Positions 1 through 9,901 of a stretch of DNA of 64,000 bases are shown in pieces. Position numbers and translations under genes: made by a program. Source of the DNA: a bacterium (GTDB taxonomy: Bacteria; Patescibacteriota; Minisyncoccia; Portnoybacterales; UBA2143). Every line of letters begins with the position of its first letter. Within the stretch, counting starts at the first letter, position 1. The notes beneath the pieces were generated by a model that saw only the letters and a list, made by a program, of their open reading frames with translations, was not told where the DNA came from and ran no database searches. The DNA lies in contig JBDRFK010000010.1 of assembly GCA_043818835.1 (NCBI GenBank), positions 9,507 through 73,506 of the forward strand, read 5' to 3'.

Positions 1-35
1 AATTATTTTAATTTTATAATAGATAATACAATAGT

Positions 36-230
36 ATGAAAGCGAAAGAAATAAATAAAAAAAACGAAAAAGAATTACAGACTGTTTTAAAAGAAAAACG
101 CTTGCAATTGGGTGAGATGAGGTTTACGTTATCTTCAAAGAAAATTAAGAATGTAAAAGAAGTTAGTGTGTTGCGTCGTGATATTGCTAGAATATTAACT
201 ATTTTAAATAGTAGAAAACAAAATGGATAA
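36..230 (+). CDS. rpmC: 50S ribosomal protein L29
   Basis: MKAKEI...RRDIARILT motif; position before S17. Confidence 0.95.
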   Translation: MKAKEINKKNEKELQTVLKEKRLQLGEMRFTLSSKKIKNVKEVSVLRRDIARILTILNSRKQNG

Positions 231-522
231 TAATAAAAAAACTGCTAAAGGTAATACTGAGGCAGAAAAAGAAAATAGTAAAGCTAAAGGCAAACTTTTA
301 AGGGGCGTTGTTGTTAGTGATAAAATGGATAAGACTATAACTGTGATAGTTACTCGTTTTAAGAAACATCCGAAGTATAAGAAAAGATATAAAATTAGTA
401 AGAAGTATAAAGCGCATGATGAGAGTAATAAATTTAAAGAAGGTGATAGAGTTATTATCCAAGAATGTTCTCCGATTAGTAAAGATAAAAGATGGAAAGT
501 TAAGGCTTTGTCTAAAAATTAG
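223..522 (+). CDS. rpsQ: 30S ribosomal protein S17
   Basis: [14 protein letters not shown]...HPKYKK...KAHDE...PISKDKRW. Confidence 0.97.
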   Translation: MDNNKKTAKGNTEAEKENSKAKGKLLRGVVVSDKMDKTITVIVTRFKKHPKYKKRYKISKKYKAHDESNKFKEGDRVIIQECSPISKDKRWKVKALSKN

Positions 523-568
523 AGTGTTAGCTAATAAATTTTGAAAAAAAATTTAACCAAGAAATATT

Positions 569-934
569 ATGATTCAGGTAGGAACAAAATTAAAAGTAGC
601 AGATAATACTGGCGCAAAAACAATCCAGTGTTTTAAGGTGCTTAGAGGTAGTCATCGTCGTTATGCTCGCATAGGTGATATTATTGTGGCATCGGTAAAG
701 AGCGCCGAACCTCGTAAGGCTGTTAAGAAAAAAGATGTTGTTAAGGCCGTTGTGGTACGTCAACGCAAGGCTTATCGTCGGGCTGATGGTTCTTATATCC
801 GTTTTGATGATAATGCGGCAGTTATTTTAGATGGGTTGAATCCAAAAGGTGGTCGTATTTTCGGACCTATTCCTAGAGAAATAAAAGAAAAGGGATATGA
901 TAAGATTGCTTCTCTGGCAGTAGAAGTGCTATAG
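569..934 (+). CDS. rplN: 50S ribosomal protein L14
   Basis: [13 protein letters not shown]...RFDDNAAV...RIFGPI. Confidence 0.98.
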   Translation: MIQVGTKLKVADNTGAKTIQCFKVLRGSHRRYARIGDIIVASVKSAEPRKAVKKKDVVKAVVVRQRKAYRRADGSYIRFDDNAAVILDGLNPKGGRIFGPIPREIKEKGYDKIASLAVEVL

Positions 935-968
935 AAGATTAACTTGAATATAATTATAAATTTTGTAT

Positions 969-1274
969 ATGAAGATTAAAAAAGGTGATACAGTTTTAAT
1001 AATAAGTGGTAAAGACCGTGGAAGAAAGGGTAAAGTTTTACAGTCCTTGCCTAAATTAAATAAAATTGTTGTGGAAGGAATCAATATAATCAAGAAACAT
1101 CGTCGTCCTCGTAATGAACGAGAAAAAGGTCAAGTTGTAGAATTGGCTAAACCGATTAGTATTTCTAATGTTAAATTGATTTGTTCAAAATGTAGCAAAG
1201 CGACAAGAACTGGTTTTAAGGTTGTGGAAGATAAAAAATATAGAATTTGTAAAAAGTGTAAGCAGGAAATTTAA
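969..1274 (+). CDS. rplX: 50S ribosomal protein L24
   Basis: KIKKGDTVLIISGKDRGRKGKV (KOW); ATG at 969 preferred over TTG at 963. Confidence 0.97.
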   Translation: MKIKKGDTVLIISGKDRGRKGKVLQSLPKLNKIVVEGINIIKKHRRPRNEREKGQVVELAKPISISNVKLICSKCSKATRTGFKVVEDKKYRICKKCKQEI

Positions 1275-1283
1275 AAAATATTT

Positions 1284-1829
1284 ATGAATAGAATAAAAGA
1301 AAAATATAATAAAGAAGTCGCGCCAAAATTGAAGGAAAAATTTGGTTATAAGAATATTTTTTCTATTCCTAAGATTAGTAAGGTTGTTGTGAACGTTGGT
1401 TTTAATCCAACGACTAAAGATGCTAATGTGCAAGAAGACATAGTAAGGGATATATCTTTGATTGTTGGACAAAAGCCATCTTTGCGTCCAGCACGCAAGG
1501 CTATTGCTGGATTCAAAATTAGAGAGAATATGATTGTAGGTGTTGCTGTTACTTTACGTAGAGAAAAAATGTATGATTTCATTGATAGATTAGTTAGTAT
1601 TTCTTTACCTCGTAGTCGTGATTTCCGAGGCTTGTCTCGAAGTTGCGTTGATCAATCTGGTAATTTAAATATTGGTATAAAAGAACAAATAATTTTTCCA
1701 GAGATCTCAACCGAAAGTGCTAAAAATATTTTCGGATTACAGGTGACAGTTTCAACAACAGCTAAAAGTAAGGAAGAAGGAGAAGAATTATTTAAACTAT
1801 TAGGATTTCCTATACAGTTTGAGGAATAG
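1284..1829 (+). CDS. rplE: 50S ribosomal protein L5
   Basis: PKISKVVVNVG...GFKIRE...LPRSRDFRG. Confidence 0.98.
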   Translation: MNRIKEKYNKEVAPKLKEKFGYKNIFSIPKISKVVVNVGFNPTTKDANVQEDIVRDISLIVGQKPSLRPARKAIAGFKIRENMIVGVAVTLRREKMYDFIDRLVSISLPRSRDFRGLSRSCVDQSGNLNIGIKEQIIFPEISTESAKNIFGLQVTVSTTAKSKEEGEELFKLLGFPIQFEE

Positions 1830-1870
1830 GTATTGATTTTATTGATTAACTTAGGTATATTATCAACTAT

Positions 1871-2056
1871 ATGGCTAGAAAAGCTCTCATTGCTAAAGCA
1901 AAAAGAAAACCAAAATTTTCAACACGAACAATCCGTCGTTGTTTTAAGTGTGGACGTAATCACGGCTTTATGAGAAAGTTTGGTCTTTGTCGAATATGTT
2001 TTAGAGAATTAGCTAATAAGGGTGAGCTACCTGGCATTAAAAAATCATCATGGTAA
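1871..2056 (+). CDS. rpsN: 30S ribosomal protein S14, short Zn-binding type
   Basis: 61 aa, CxxC...CRxC, ends LPGIKKSSW. Confidence 0.97.
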   Translation: MARKALIAKAKRKPKFSTRTIRRCFKCGRNHGFMRKFGLCRICFRELANKGELPGIKKSSW

Positions 2057-2445
2057 TTGATCCAATTGCAGACATGTTAATACGTATCAAGAATGCGCAA
2101 TCTGTTAAACACAAAACGGTTGTTATTCCATTTTCCAAGATTAAGTTATCTTTGGCTGAGGTTTTAAATAAAAATGGTTGGCTTGGCGATATTAAAACTG
2201 GTGGTAAAAAAATTGATAAGTATATTGAATTGGAATTAAAGTATGATATAGATGGTCAGCCTCTAATAAAGGAATTGAAAAGAGTTAGTAAATGTGGTTG
2301 CAGAATTTATATTAAGAAAGATGAGATCAGGTCCTTACATCAGGGTTACGGTTTATCTGTGATTTCTACGTCGAAGGGGTTGATGTCAGATATGGAAGCT
2401 AAAAAAATAGGTTTAGGTGGAGAGGTAATCTGTCAAGTTTGGTAG
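2050..2445 (+). CDS. rpsH: 30S ribosomal protein S8
   Basis: [13 protein letters not shown]...STSKGLM...GGEVIC. Confidence 0.97.
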   Translation: MVIDPIADMLIRIKNAQSVKHKTVVIPFSKIKLSLAEVLNKNGWLGDIKTGGKKIDKYIELELKYDIDGQPLIKELKRVSKCGCRIYIKKDEIRSLHQGYGLSVISTSKGLMSDMEAKKIGLGGEVICQVW

Positions 2446-2533
2446 TATTCTCAAAACTTGAAATTTGTAGTTTGAAACTAAAAATTTATTTTTGTATTTT
2501 AGTTCTAAGTTATAAGTTCTAAGTTATAAGTTT

Positions 2534-3100
2534 ATGAGTAGAATAGGAAAACAACCAATTATTATTCCCGAAGGAGTTGAAGTTAAATTTGAGAATGGCG
2601 AAGTTGTGGTTAAGGGACCAAAGGGAGAATTAAAACAAGCTGTGTTATCACAAATGGACTTGTCTTTTAGTGACACCGAAGAGGGCGACAAAAAGATTAA
2701 AAGTTTACAAATTGTTCCTAAAAGAACAACCAAAAATAGTTCTGCTTTCTGGGGATTAACAAGAGCTTTAATTGCTAATATGGTCAAGGGTGTAACAGAG
2801 GGTTTTGAGAAAAAATTAGAGATTGAAGGAGTGGGCTATAGAGCATCTTTAGAAGGAACCAAATTGGTTTTGAGCTTAGGTCTTTCTCATCCTATTAATA
2901 TGGAGGCCCCTGATGGTATAACGTTTGTTGTTGAAAAAAATGTTATTACGGTTGCTGGTTTTGATAAACAGAAAGTAGGACAAGTTGCAGCAAAGATAAG
3001 AGATTATAAAAAACCAGAACCATATAAAGGAAAGGGGATACATTATGTTGGCGAGGTTGTTCGCCGTAAGGCTGGTAAGAAAACCGTAGCTGGAGAATAA
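2534..3100 (+). CDS. rplF: 50S ribosomal protein L6
   Basis: MSRIGKQPI...PEPYKGKGI. Confidence 0.98.
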   Translation: MSRIGKQPIIIPEGVEVKFENGEVVVKGPKGELKQAVLSQMDLSFSDTEEGDKKIKSLQIVPKRTTKNSSAFWGLTRALIANMVKGVTEGFEKKLEIEGVGYRASLEGTKLVLSLGLSHPINMEAPDGITFVVEKNVITVAGFDKQKVGQVAAKIRDYKKPEPYKGKGIHYVGEVVRRKAGKKTVAGE

Positions 3101-3116
3101 ATTTGAATATTTGAAT

Positions 3117-3449
3117 ATGAATAATAGACAAAATAGGCACAAAAGAATTAGAGCAAAAATAATTGGCAAAAAGAGTTGTCCTCGTCTTTCTGTTTTTCGT
3201 AGTAATAAGCATTTGGATTTACAATTAATAGATGATGATCAAGGAAAGACAATAGCAAGCGTTAGAGATACAGAAATTGAAAAAAAGTTAAATAAAAAAA
3301 ATTTAGCTAAAGAGGCGGGTAAATTGATAGCTCAAAAAGCAATAGATAAAAAAATAGAAAAAGTTGTTTTTGATCGCGGGGGTTATAGATATCATGGGCG
3401 AGTCAAGGCTGTTGCTGAGGGAGCTAGAGAGGCTGGATTAAAATTTTAG
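3117..3449 (+). CDS. rplR: 50S ribosomal protein L18
   Basis: PRLSVFRSNKH...VFDRGGYRYHGRV...AREAGLKF. Confidence 0.98.
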   Translation: MNNRQNRHKRIRAKIIGKKSCPRLSVFRSNKHLDLQLIDDDQGKTIASVRDTEIEKKLNKKNLAKEAGKLIAQKAIDKKIEKVVFDRGGYRYHGRVKAVAEGAREAGLKF

Positions 3450-3479
3450 GATTTTGTTTAAATCCTAAGACCAAATATT

Positions 3480-4064
3480 ATGGACGATAAAAATAATCAA
3501 AATAATAAAGAGACAAAATTTAACCGAAAAAATTCGGCTCGTGGCGACAGTGAACGAGAATTTGATCAGAAGTTATTGGACGTGTCTAGAGTTGTTCGTG
3601 TTGTGGCTGGTGGACGTCGATTTAGATTTCGCGTTGTTATTGTTATTGGTGATCACAAGGGTAGGGTTGGCGTAGGTGTTGCTAAGGGACAGGATGTAGT
3701 AATGGGTATTGAGAAAGCTGTGATTAACGCTAAGAAAAATATGATTACCGTTAAAACGGTTAATGGAACCATTCCTCACGAGGTGGAAGGTAAGTTTAAT
3801 AGAGCTAAAGTCTTATTAAAGCCGGGTCGTGTTGGTGGTGGTATTGTGGCTGGTGGCGCTGTGCGTGTTGTCTGTGAATTAGTTGGTATCAATAATATCT
3901 CGGCTAAAATTTTAGGGCGAACTACTAATAAGCTTAATAATGCACGTGCGGTTATTGTGGCTTTGAAGGATTTAAGATCAGAAAAAGTATCTGCTTCTCC
4001 TAAAGAAAATTCTAAGATTAAAAATATTAAGAAGGCGAAAAAAGTAAAAAAGCAAGATAAATAG
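3480..4064 (+). CDS. rpsE: 30S ribosomal protein S5
   Basis: RVVAGGRRFRF...GTIPHEV...GIVAGGAVR. Confidence 0.98.
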   Translation: MDDKNNQNNKETKFNRKNSARGDSEREFDQKLLDVSRVVRVVAGGRRFRFRVVIVIGDHKGRVGVGVAKGQDVVMGIEKAVINAKKNMITVKTVNGTIPHEVEGKFNRAKVLLKPGRVGGGIVAGGAVRVVCELVGINNISAKILGRTTNKLNNARAVIVALKDLRSEKVSASPKENSKIKNIKKAKKVKKQDK

Positions 4065-4068
4065 ATAT

Positions 4069-4578
4069 ATGCAATTAAATCAATTAAAACCTAATAATAA
4101 AAAATCACGCAAGCGTGTTGGTAGAGGAGGAAAGAAGGGTACGTATGCTGGGCGAGGATTGAAAGGTCAGAAGTCAAGATCTGGTAAGGATCTTCGTGTT
4201 GGTTTCGCTGGTGGTGATACTTCAACGATAATGCGTTTACCAAAACAGCGTGGAACTGTTGGTCATACTCATATACGGAAGGGAACAAAATTATCGAGAT
4301 ATACTCCTGATTGGGCGGTTTTTAATTTGGGAGATATAGATAAACTTTTTAAAGAAGGAGAAACTGTTTCGCCAAAATCATTGCTTGAGAAAAAAGTGAT
4401 CTATCGGGTTAGAAATAAAATTCCTTCAATTAAAATATTAGGTACCGGAAAATTAACAAAAAAAATTAAGTTTGAAGATGTTAAATTGTCCAAAAGTGTG
4501 AAAAAGGTTTTAGGCATTACAGATAAAAAGAAGTCAATTAAGAAGGAAAATATTAAAGACAAGAAAAGTGAAAAATAA
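4069..4578 (+). CDS. rplO: 50S ribosomal protein L15
   Basis: RKRVGRGGKKGTYAGRGLKGQKSRSG; follows rpsE directly (no rpmD). Confidence 0.96.
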   Translation: MQLNQLKPNNKKSRKRVGRGGKKGTYAGRGLKGQKSRSGKDLRVGFAGGDTSTIMRLPKQRGTVGHTHIRKGTKLSRYTPDWAVFNLGDIDKLFKEGETVSPKSLLEKKVIYRVRNKIPSIKILGTGKLTKKIKFEDVKLSKSVKKVLGITDKKKSIKKENIKDKKSEK

Positions 4579-4588
4579 CTAACTACTT

Positions 4589-5872
4589 ATGAAGTGGTAT
4601 CAAAAAGTTGTCCAAGTTTTTAAAATAAAGGATTTGCGGAAGAAGATTTTTTTCGTTTCAATAATGCTTGTTATTTTTCGTATTGTGGCGAATGTTCCTT
4701 TACCGACTATTGATACATCGCAGTTGAAACAATTTTTTGCTGGTAATCAACTATTTGGTCTTTTGAATATTTTTACAGGTGGAGCGTTAAGTAATTTATC
4801 TATTGGAATGTTGGGTATGGGTCCATATATTACCGCTGTAATTATTATGGAACTTTTAACAATGATATTTCCTGCTCTTGAAGCTCTTTATAAAGAAGAA
4901 GGTGAAGCTGGTAGACAAAAATTTAATCAATATGGGCGTTTATTAACGATTCCATTAGCGTTGTTACAGGGTTTTGCTATGTTGACCTTATTAAGTCGTC
5001 AGAATATTATCGGTCATTTGTCTATGTTTCAATGGTTTACGTCTTTGGCGCTAGTATGTGCTGGGGCTGTTTTTGTGATGTGGCTTGGCGAACTGATTTC
5101 TGAAAAAGGTATTGGTGATGGTGTTTCTATATTGATTTTGGCGGGTATTGTGGCTCATGTTCCTTTGTCTGTTAAAGAAATTGTTGTTACTTATGATCCA
5201 TCAAAGATCCCAGCATATATTGCCTTTCTTATTTTAGCATTAGTTATTACAGCAGGTGTTGTTATTATTAACGAAGGTCGTCGTAATATTCCAGTATCTT
5301 ATGCCAAACAAGTGCGTGGTAACAAAATGTATGGTGGTGTTTCAACCTATCTTCCATTAAACGTTAATCCAGCAGGTGTTATTCCAATTATCTTTGCGTT
5401 ATCAATTATGCTTTTCCCAGGGATGATAGCTAGTTTTTTAGGGACTTCAAGTATTGGATGGTTAGCAAGTTTTGCGCAATGGGTGGGTGCGCTATTCCAG
5501 AATCAGTGGTTTTATGGCAGTATTTATTTCGCCTTAGTGGTTTTATTTACATATTTTTATACAGCAGTCACGTTTGATCCAAAGAATGTGGCAGAAAACT
5601 TGCAAAAGATGGGTGGTTTTATTCCGGGGATTCGTCCAGGACAGCCAACAGTTGATTTTCTTTATCATATTTTAAATAGAGTCCTTTTGTTTGGAGCAGT
5701 ATTTTTAGGGACAATTGCAGTTTTGCCGTCTGTCGTTCAGGGCGTTACTGGCGTTCAAGCCTTTGGTTTTGTTATTGGCGGTACAGCGTTATTGATTATC
5801 GTTGCTGTAGTTTTAGATACTTTAAGACAAATAGAATCCCAGCTGACTATGCGGGATTATGAGGGGTTTTAA
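4589..5872 (+). CDS. secY: Preprotein translocase subunit SecY
   Basis: Multi-TM protein; GVIPIIFA, GGFIPGIRPG, GGTALLI motifs. Confidence 0.98.
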   Translation: MKWYQKVVQVFKIKDLRKKIFFVSIMLVIFRIVANVPLPTIDTSQLKQFFAGNQLFGLLNIFTGGALSNLSIGMLGMGPYITAVIIMELLTMIFPALEALYKEEGEAGRQKFNQYGRLLTIPLALLQGFAMLTLLSRQNIIGHLSMFQWFTSLALVCAGAVFVMWLGELISEKGIGDGVSILILAGIVAHVPLSVKEIVVTYDPSKIPAYIAFLILALVITAGVVIINEGRRNIPVSYAKQVRGNKMYGGVSTYLPLNVNPAGVIPIIFALSIMLFPGMIASFLGTSSIGWLASFAQWVGALFQNQWFYGSIYFALVVLFTYFYTAVTFDPKNVAENLQKMGGFIPGIRPGQPTVDFLYHILNRVLLFGAVFLGTIAVLPSVVQGVTGVQAFGFVIGGTALLIIVAVVLDTLRQIESQLTMRDYEGF

Positions 5873-5896
5873 ATTTTAAAATAAGGAGATGTTGTT

Positions 5897-6088
5897 ATGG
5901 ATGGAATAATAATTTGGCACTCTGTTCATAGAGATAATGGAGCAATTACGGGAAGTTGTTTAGAAAAGTTTACCGGTTAGGATGATGAGACATTGGTAAA
6001 ACATATTAATAATACAATTATGATTAACAAAACTCGTTTTGGGTTTAGAATTGTTCATCAGATATTGATAACTAACGAAAATAAATAA
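5897..6088 (+). pseudogene. Small orphan ORF interrupted by an in-frame TAG (5978-5980)
   Basis: AGGAG Shine-Dalgarno at 5884, ATG 5897, frame stays open 35 codons past the TAG to TAA 6086-6088; GC hairpin at 6099-6121 follows. Confidence 0.4.
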
Positions 6089-6163
6089 GATTTCTAATGT
6101 CCCCTGACGATGTCGGGGGACTAATACGTTGTAGTTATCTATATTGAGTGCTAACATATAACT

Positions 6164-6835
6164 ATGTCAAAAGTATATATAATCTATGGCGCACCGGGGT
6201 CGGGGAAGGGGACGCAAGCCAATTTGTTGGCTGAAAAGATGGGGGTGATTCATTTTGATACTGGATATGCGATTGAGAAAAAAGTACATAATCCAGATTT
6301 GCAAGATGATTTGATAATTCAACGCGAAAAAAAAATGTTTGACGAAGGTGTTTTGTGTACGCCTGAATGGGTGGCGCAGATAGTTGAAGAAGCGATAGAA
6401 AAGATACATAGAAAAGGAAAAGGAATTGTCTTTAGTGGATCGCCAAGAACTTTGCCGGAAACAAAAACATTTATCCCACTTGTCGAAAAATTATATAACA
6501 GAGAAAACATCAAGATTATACGCATCAATGTTAAACCAGAAACATCTATTTACAGAAACAGTCATCGGCGTGTATGTAAAAATTGCGGTTTGTCTTTGGT
6601 TTATACGCCAGAAAATAAAAAATTAGATAAATGTCCGAAATGTGGTGGCAAATTGATAAAAAGAGTTTTAGATAAACCAGAAACGATTGAGGTGCGATTA
6701 AAAGAGTTTAATAAAAGGACAGAGCCGATTTATGAATTTCTAACAGACAAAGGATATGAGATTGTAGATATTGATGGCGAACCATCGGTAGAGGAAATTC
6801 ATCAGGATATTTTGTTCCAAATCAATCACGAATAA
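6164..6835 (+). CDS. adk: Adenylate (nucleoside monophosphate) kinase with Zn-binding LID
   Basis: P-loop GAPGSGKGTQA, GSPRT, CxxC...CxxC lid; secY-adk-map synteny. Confidence 0.88.
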   Translation: MSKVYIIYGAPGSGKGTQANLLAEKMGVIHFDTGYAIEKKVHNPDLQDDLIIQREKKMFDEGVLCTPEWVAQIVEEAIEKIHRKGKGIVFSGSPRTLPETKTFIPLVEKLYNRENIKIIRINVKPETSIYRNSHRRVCKNCGLSLVYTPENKKLDKCPKCGGKLIKRVLDKPETIEVRLKEFNKRTEPIYEFLTDKGYEIVDIDGEPSVEEIHQDILFQINHE

Positions 6836-6881
6836 TTATTTTTAATAATTCGTGATAAAATTAGTGATTGATTAGAGATTT

Positions 6882-7628
6882 ATGATTCCAATTAAAAGTC
6901 AACAAGAAATAGAAATAATGAAAGAAGGTGGGCGTTTTTTAGCCGGCATAATTAAGGAATTGGAGAACAAAGTTGCGCCTGGAATATCTACAAAAGAATT
7001 GGATATAATGGCAGAAAAACTAATTTTAAAAGTTGGCGCTACACCATCATTTAAGGGATATAATCAATTTCCATCTGCTTTGTGCATTTCTGTGAATAAT
7101 GAAATTGTGCATGGCGTACCATCAAAAAGAATATTAAAAGACGGCGATATTGTCAGCTTAGATTTGGGAATTTTATACAAAGGATTTCATACAGATATGG
7201 CGGTAACAGTACCAGTAGGCGAGGTATCATCTGAAGCAACTCGCTTGATTCGTGTAACAAAAAAATCGTTGAAGCGCGCTATCGCCAGAACAAAAGAAGG
7301 CAGAACAATTGGCGATATTGGTCATGCGGTGCAGAATTATGTTGAAGAACAAGAATTTGGCATAGTGCGTGAGTTGTGTGGTCATGGAGTTGGACGTGAA
7401 CTGCATGAAGATCCAGAGGTGCCAAATTTTGGACAAAGACATAAGGGCCCGAAACTTAAAAGCGGAATGGTATTAGCAATAGAGCCGATGGTAACAGTGG
7501 GTGATTGGAAAATTAAATTATCGCCGAATAGACTTTGTTTTGAAACAAAAGATGGGTCTTTATCTGCTCATTTTGAACATACGGTTTTGGTGACAAATAC
7601 TGGAGGAAAAGTTTTAACAACTATTTAA
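6882..7628 (+). CDS. map: Methionine aminopeptidase type I
   Basis: IVHGVP, GHGVG.ELHEDP, AIEPM, SAHFEHT. Confidence 0.97.
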   Translation: MIPIKSQQEIEIMKEGGRFLAGIIKELENKVAPGISTKELDIMAEKLILKVGATPSFKGYNQFPSALCISVNNEIVHGVPSKRILKDGDIVSLDLGILYKGFHTDMAVTVPVGEVSSEATRLIRVTKKSLKRAIARTKEGRTIGDIGHAVQNYVEEQEFGIVRELCGHGVGRELHEDPEVPNFGQRHKGPKLKSGMVLAIEPMVTVGDWKIKLSPNRLCFETKDGSLSAHFEHTVLVTNTGGKVLTTI

Positions 7629-7655
7629 AAATCCCGCTCGGCGGGATTTTTAAAT
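7623..7655. terminator. Bidirectional intrinsic terminator between map and thrS
   Basis: ATTTAAAAATCCCGC-TCG-GCGGGATTTTTAAAT between convergent genes. Confidence 0.85.
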
Positions 7656-9410
7656 CTATATTTTATTCTTAATTTCTTTACTTATCTTGTCTATAAATTC
7701 TTCAATCTTCATCTGGCCAAGGTCGCCATCCTTACGATGTCGGGCGCTAACCATTTTAGCGTCTTTTTCTTTATCGCCGATAATTAACATATATGGCACT
7801 TTTTCGTTTTGGCTGTTCCTTATTTTTTTACCCAAAGTGTCATCGTCATCTTTCAAAACAGCGCGAATATCGCTTTCTTTTAATTTATTTAAAATTTCAT
7901 TAGCAAATTCTTTTTGCTTTTCACTGATAGTCAAAATATGAACTTGTTCTGGTGCGAGCCAAGCAGGGAAGGCGCCGGCGAAGTATTCAATTAATAACGT
8001 TAAAAATCTTTCATAAGATCCTAAAATTGCGCGATGAACCATTACTGGGTTAATACTGTTTCCTTTTTCGTCTGTATAAACTAAATCAAATCTTTTTGGA
8101 GTGGCGAAATCTACTTGAACAGTTGGGATTTGAATTTCTTTGCCTAAAGAATCTTTAAACATAAAATCTAATTTAGGTCCATATAGCGCCGCTTCGCCTT
8201 CCATTTTTTTCGCATCTAATTTCATCTCATCGGATATTTCTTGAAGCATATTTTCGCATGTATCCCAATCTTTAACATCTCCAATATATTTTTCTGGATG
8301 ATCATAATCTCTTACAGATAAGGATACCCAATGGTTATCCCACATTCCAAGTGATTTGTAGAAATCTTGGATAATATTAACCATGTTTTTAATCTCTTCT
8401 TTGACCTGATCTACTCGACAGAATGAATGTCCATCTTCTACAGTAATGGCTATGACTCTACTTAGACCACTTATTTCTCCAGGTTTTTCATCGCGATATT
8501 GTTTATTAGATTCCATATAGCGAATAGGAAGATCTCTGTATGAACGTGGATGAGAAGCGTATATCTGAGTTTGGTGCGGACATTGCACAGGCTTAAGCAC
8601 ATAGTTTTGTTTATGATGTGACCGAACATGAAAAAGCTCATCGCCAAATTTTTGAGCATGACCAGATAATTCATATAAATCTATTTTTGCTAAGTGTGGA
8701 GTCATAACTTTTTCAAAACCATATCTTCGACAAACAGATTCTATATGTTTTTGTAGTTCATCAATAATTATAGTTCCTTTTGGTGAAAATAGAGGTAAGC
8801 CAGGACCAACTAAATCCGAAAAAGAAAATAGATCTAATTCTTTCCCTAATTTTCTATGATCGCGTTTTTCGGCTTCTGCGACCATTTCTAAATGTTTATC
8901 TAATTCTTCTTTATTTTCAAAAGCAACTCCATAAATGCGAGTGAGCATCGGATTTTTTTCGTCTCCACGCCAATAAGCGCCGGCGACTTTAGTCAGTTTA
9001 AACGCATCAGGGTTTAGTTCTTTGGTAGAATTAATATGTGGGCCCTTGCATAGATCGGTAAAATCTTGCAATTTGTAACTTATAACTTGCAACTTCTTTT
9101 GTTCTTTTTTAATGTCATTGACGAGTTCTAACTTGTAAGGCTGATTTTTAAAGATTTTTTTAGCTTCGGATATTGCCAATTCTTTTTTTTCAAATTTCAA
9201 ATCTTTTTTAATTATCTCGCGCATTTTCTTCTCTATCTTTTTCAAATCTTCAAGTGTGATTTTTACTTTATCAAAGTCGTAATAAAAACCATTTTCAATG
9301 GCTGGTCCAATTCCAAATTGCGCTTCAGGATGTATTTCCAAAACAGCTACTGCCAAGACATGGGCGAATGAATGACTAATTATCTCAATTGTTTTGTTTG
9401 AATTATTCAT
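7656..9410 (-). CDS. thrS: Threonine--tRNA ligase (no N-terminal TGS domain)
   Basis: DLCKGPH, GAYWRGD, RDHRKLG, YGPKLD, HRAILGSYERF. Confidence 0.97.
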   Translation of the reverse strand: MNNSNKTIEIISHSFAHVLAVAVLEIHPEAQFGIGPAIENGFYYDFDKVKITLEDLKKIEKKMREIIKKDLKFEKKELAISEAKKIFKNQPYKLELVNDIKKEQKKLQVISYKLQDFTDLCKGPHINSTKELNPDAFKLTKVAGAYWRGDEKNPMLTRIYGVAFENKEELDKHLEMVAEAEKRDHRKLGKELDLFSFSDLVGPGLPLFSPKGTIIIDELQKHIESVCRRYGFEKVMTPHLAKIDLYELSGHAQKFGDELFHVRSHHKQNYVLKPVQCPHQTQIYASHPRSYRDLPIRYMESNKQYRDEKPGEISGLSRVIAITVEDGHSFCRVDQVKEEIKNMVNIIQDFYKSLGMWDNHWVSLSVRDYDHPEKYIGDVKDWDTCENMLQEISDEMKLDAKKMEGEAALYGPKLDFMFKDSLGKEIQIPTVQVDFATPKRFDLVYTDEKGNSINPVMVHRAILGSYERFLTLLIEYFAGAFPAWLAPEQVHILTISEKQKEFANEILNKLKESDIRAVLKDDDDTLGKKIRNSQNEKVPYMLIIGDKEKDAKMVSARHRKDGDLGQMKIEEFIDKISKEIKNKI

Positions 9411-9439
9411 AATAATTATCTACTATGTTTACTATAGTC

Positions 9440-9886
9440 TTAATAAGCACAACCCGCTGTAACAAGTACTCGGTAGTCATCGGCTGTTCCACTTATTTTA
9501 TCTGTGCCAGCAGTAAACAAATAGCTTGCACCTGGATTACTATTGCAATCATTGTCGTCGTATCCGTAATAATTACCCCAAGGATCTTTATCAATTCGCT
9601 GAGAAAAATAACCACCATTAACCAAAGCGGTGATTACGTTTGTCCACGAACTATTAGGCGGATTAGAACAAGAAGAACATAGATCTCCTGGTGGTGGCAA
9701 CTCTCCTTTATCTATTTTATAAATTAACATAGCCTTTCTTAATTGATCAATATCTGTCTTGGCCTTAGCATATTTTGCCTTTTCTCTTACGCTATTAACA
9801 CTAACCAAAACAATACTCGCCAGAAGACCAATTATAGCAATAACCACAAGAAGCTCTATTAAAGTAAACGCTTTTTTTTGATTCAT
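9440..9886 (-). CDS. Type IV pilin / GspG-like pseudopilin
   Basis: Class III signal KKAFTLIELLVVIAIIGLL; DPWGN.Y motif. Confidence 0.88.
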   Translation of the reverse strand: MNQKKAFTLIELLVVIAIIGLLASIVLVSVNSVREKAKYAKAKTDIDQLRKAMLIYKIDKGELPPPGDLCSSCSNPPNSSWTNVITALVNGGYFSQRIDKDPWGNYYGYDDNDCNSNPGASYLFTAGTDKISGTADDYRVLVTAGCAY

Positions 9887-9901
9887 TTTTTTAGTTTAAT
9901 T

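Noticed and set aside
4064-4069. Absence of rpmD (L30) between rpsE and rplO
   Set aside because: Real, but a well-known CPR trait; used only as a lineage clue.
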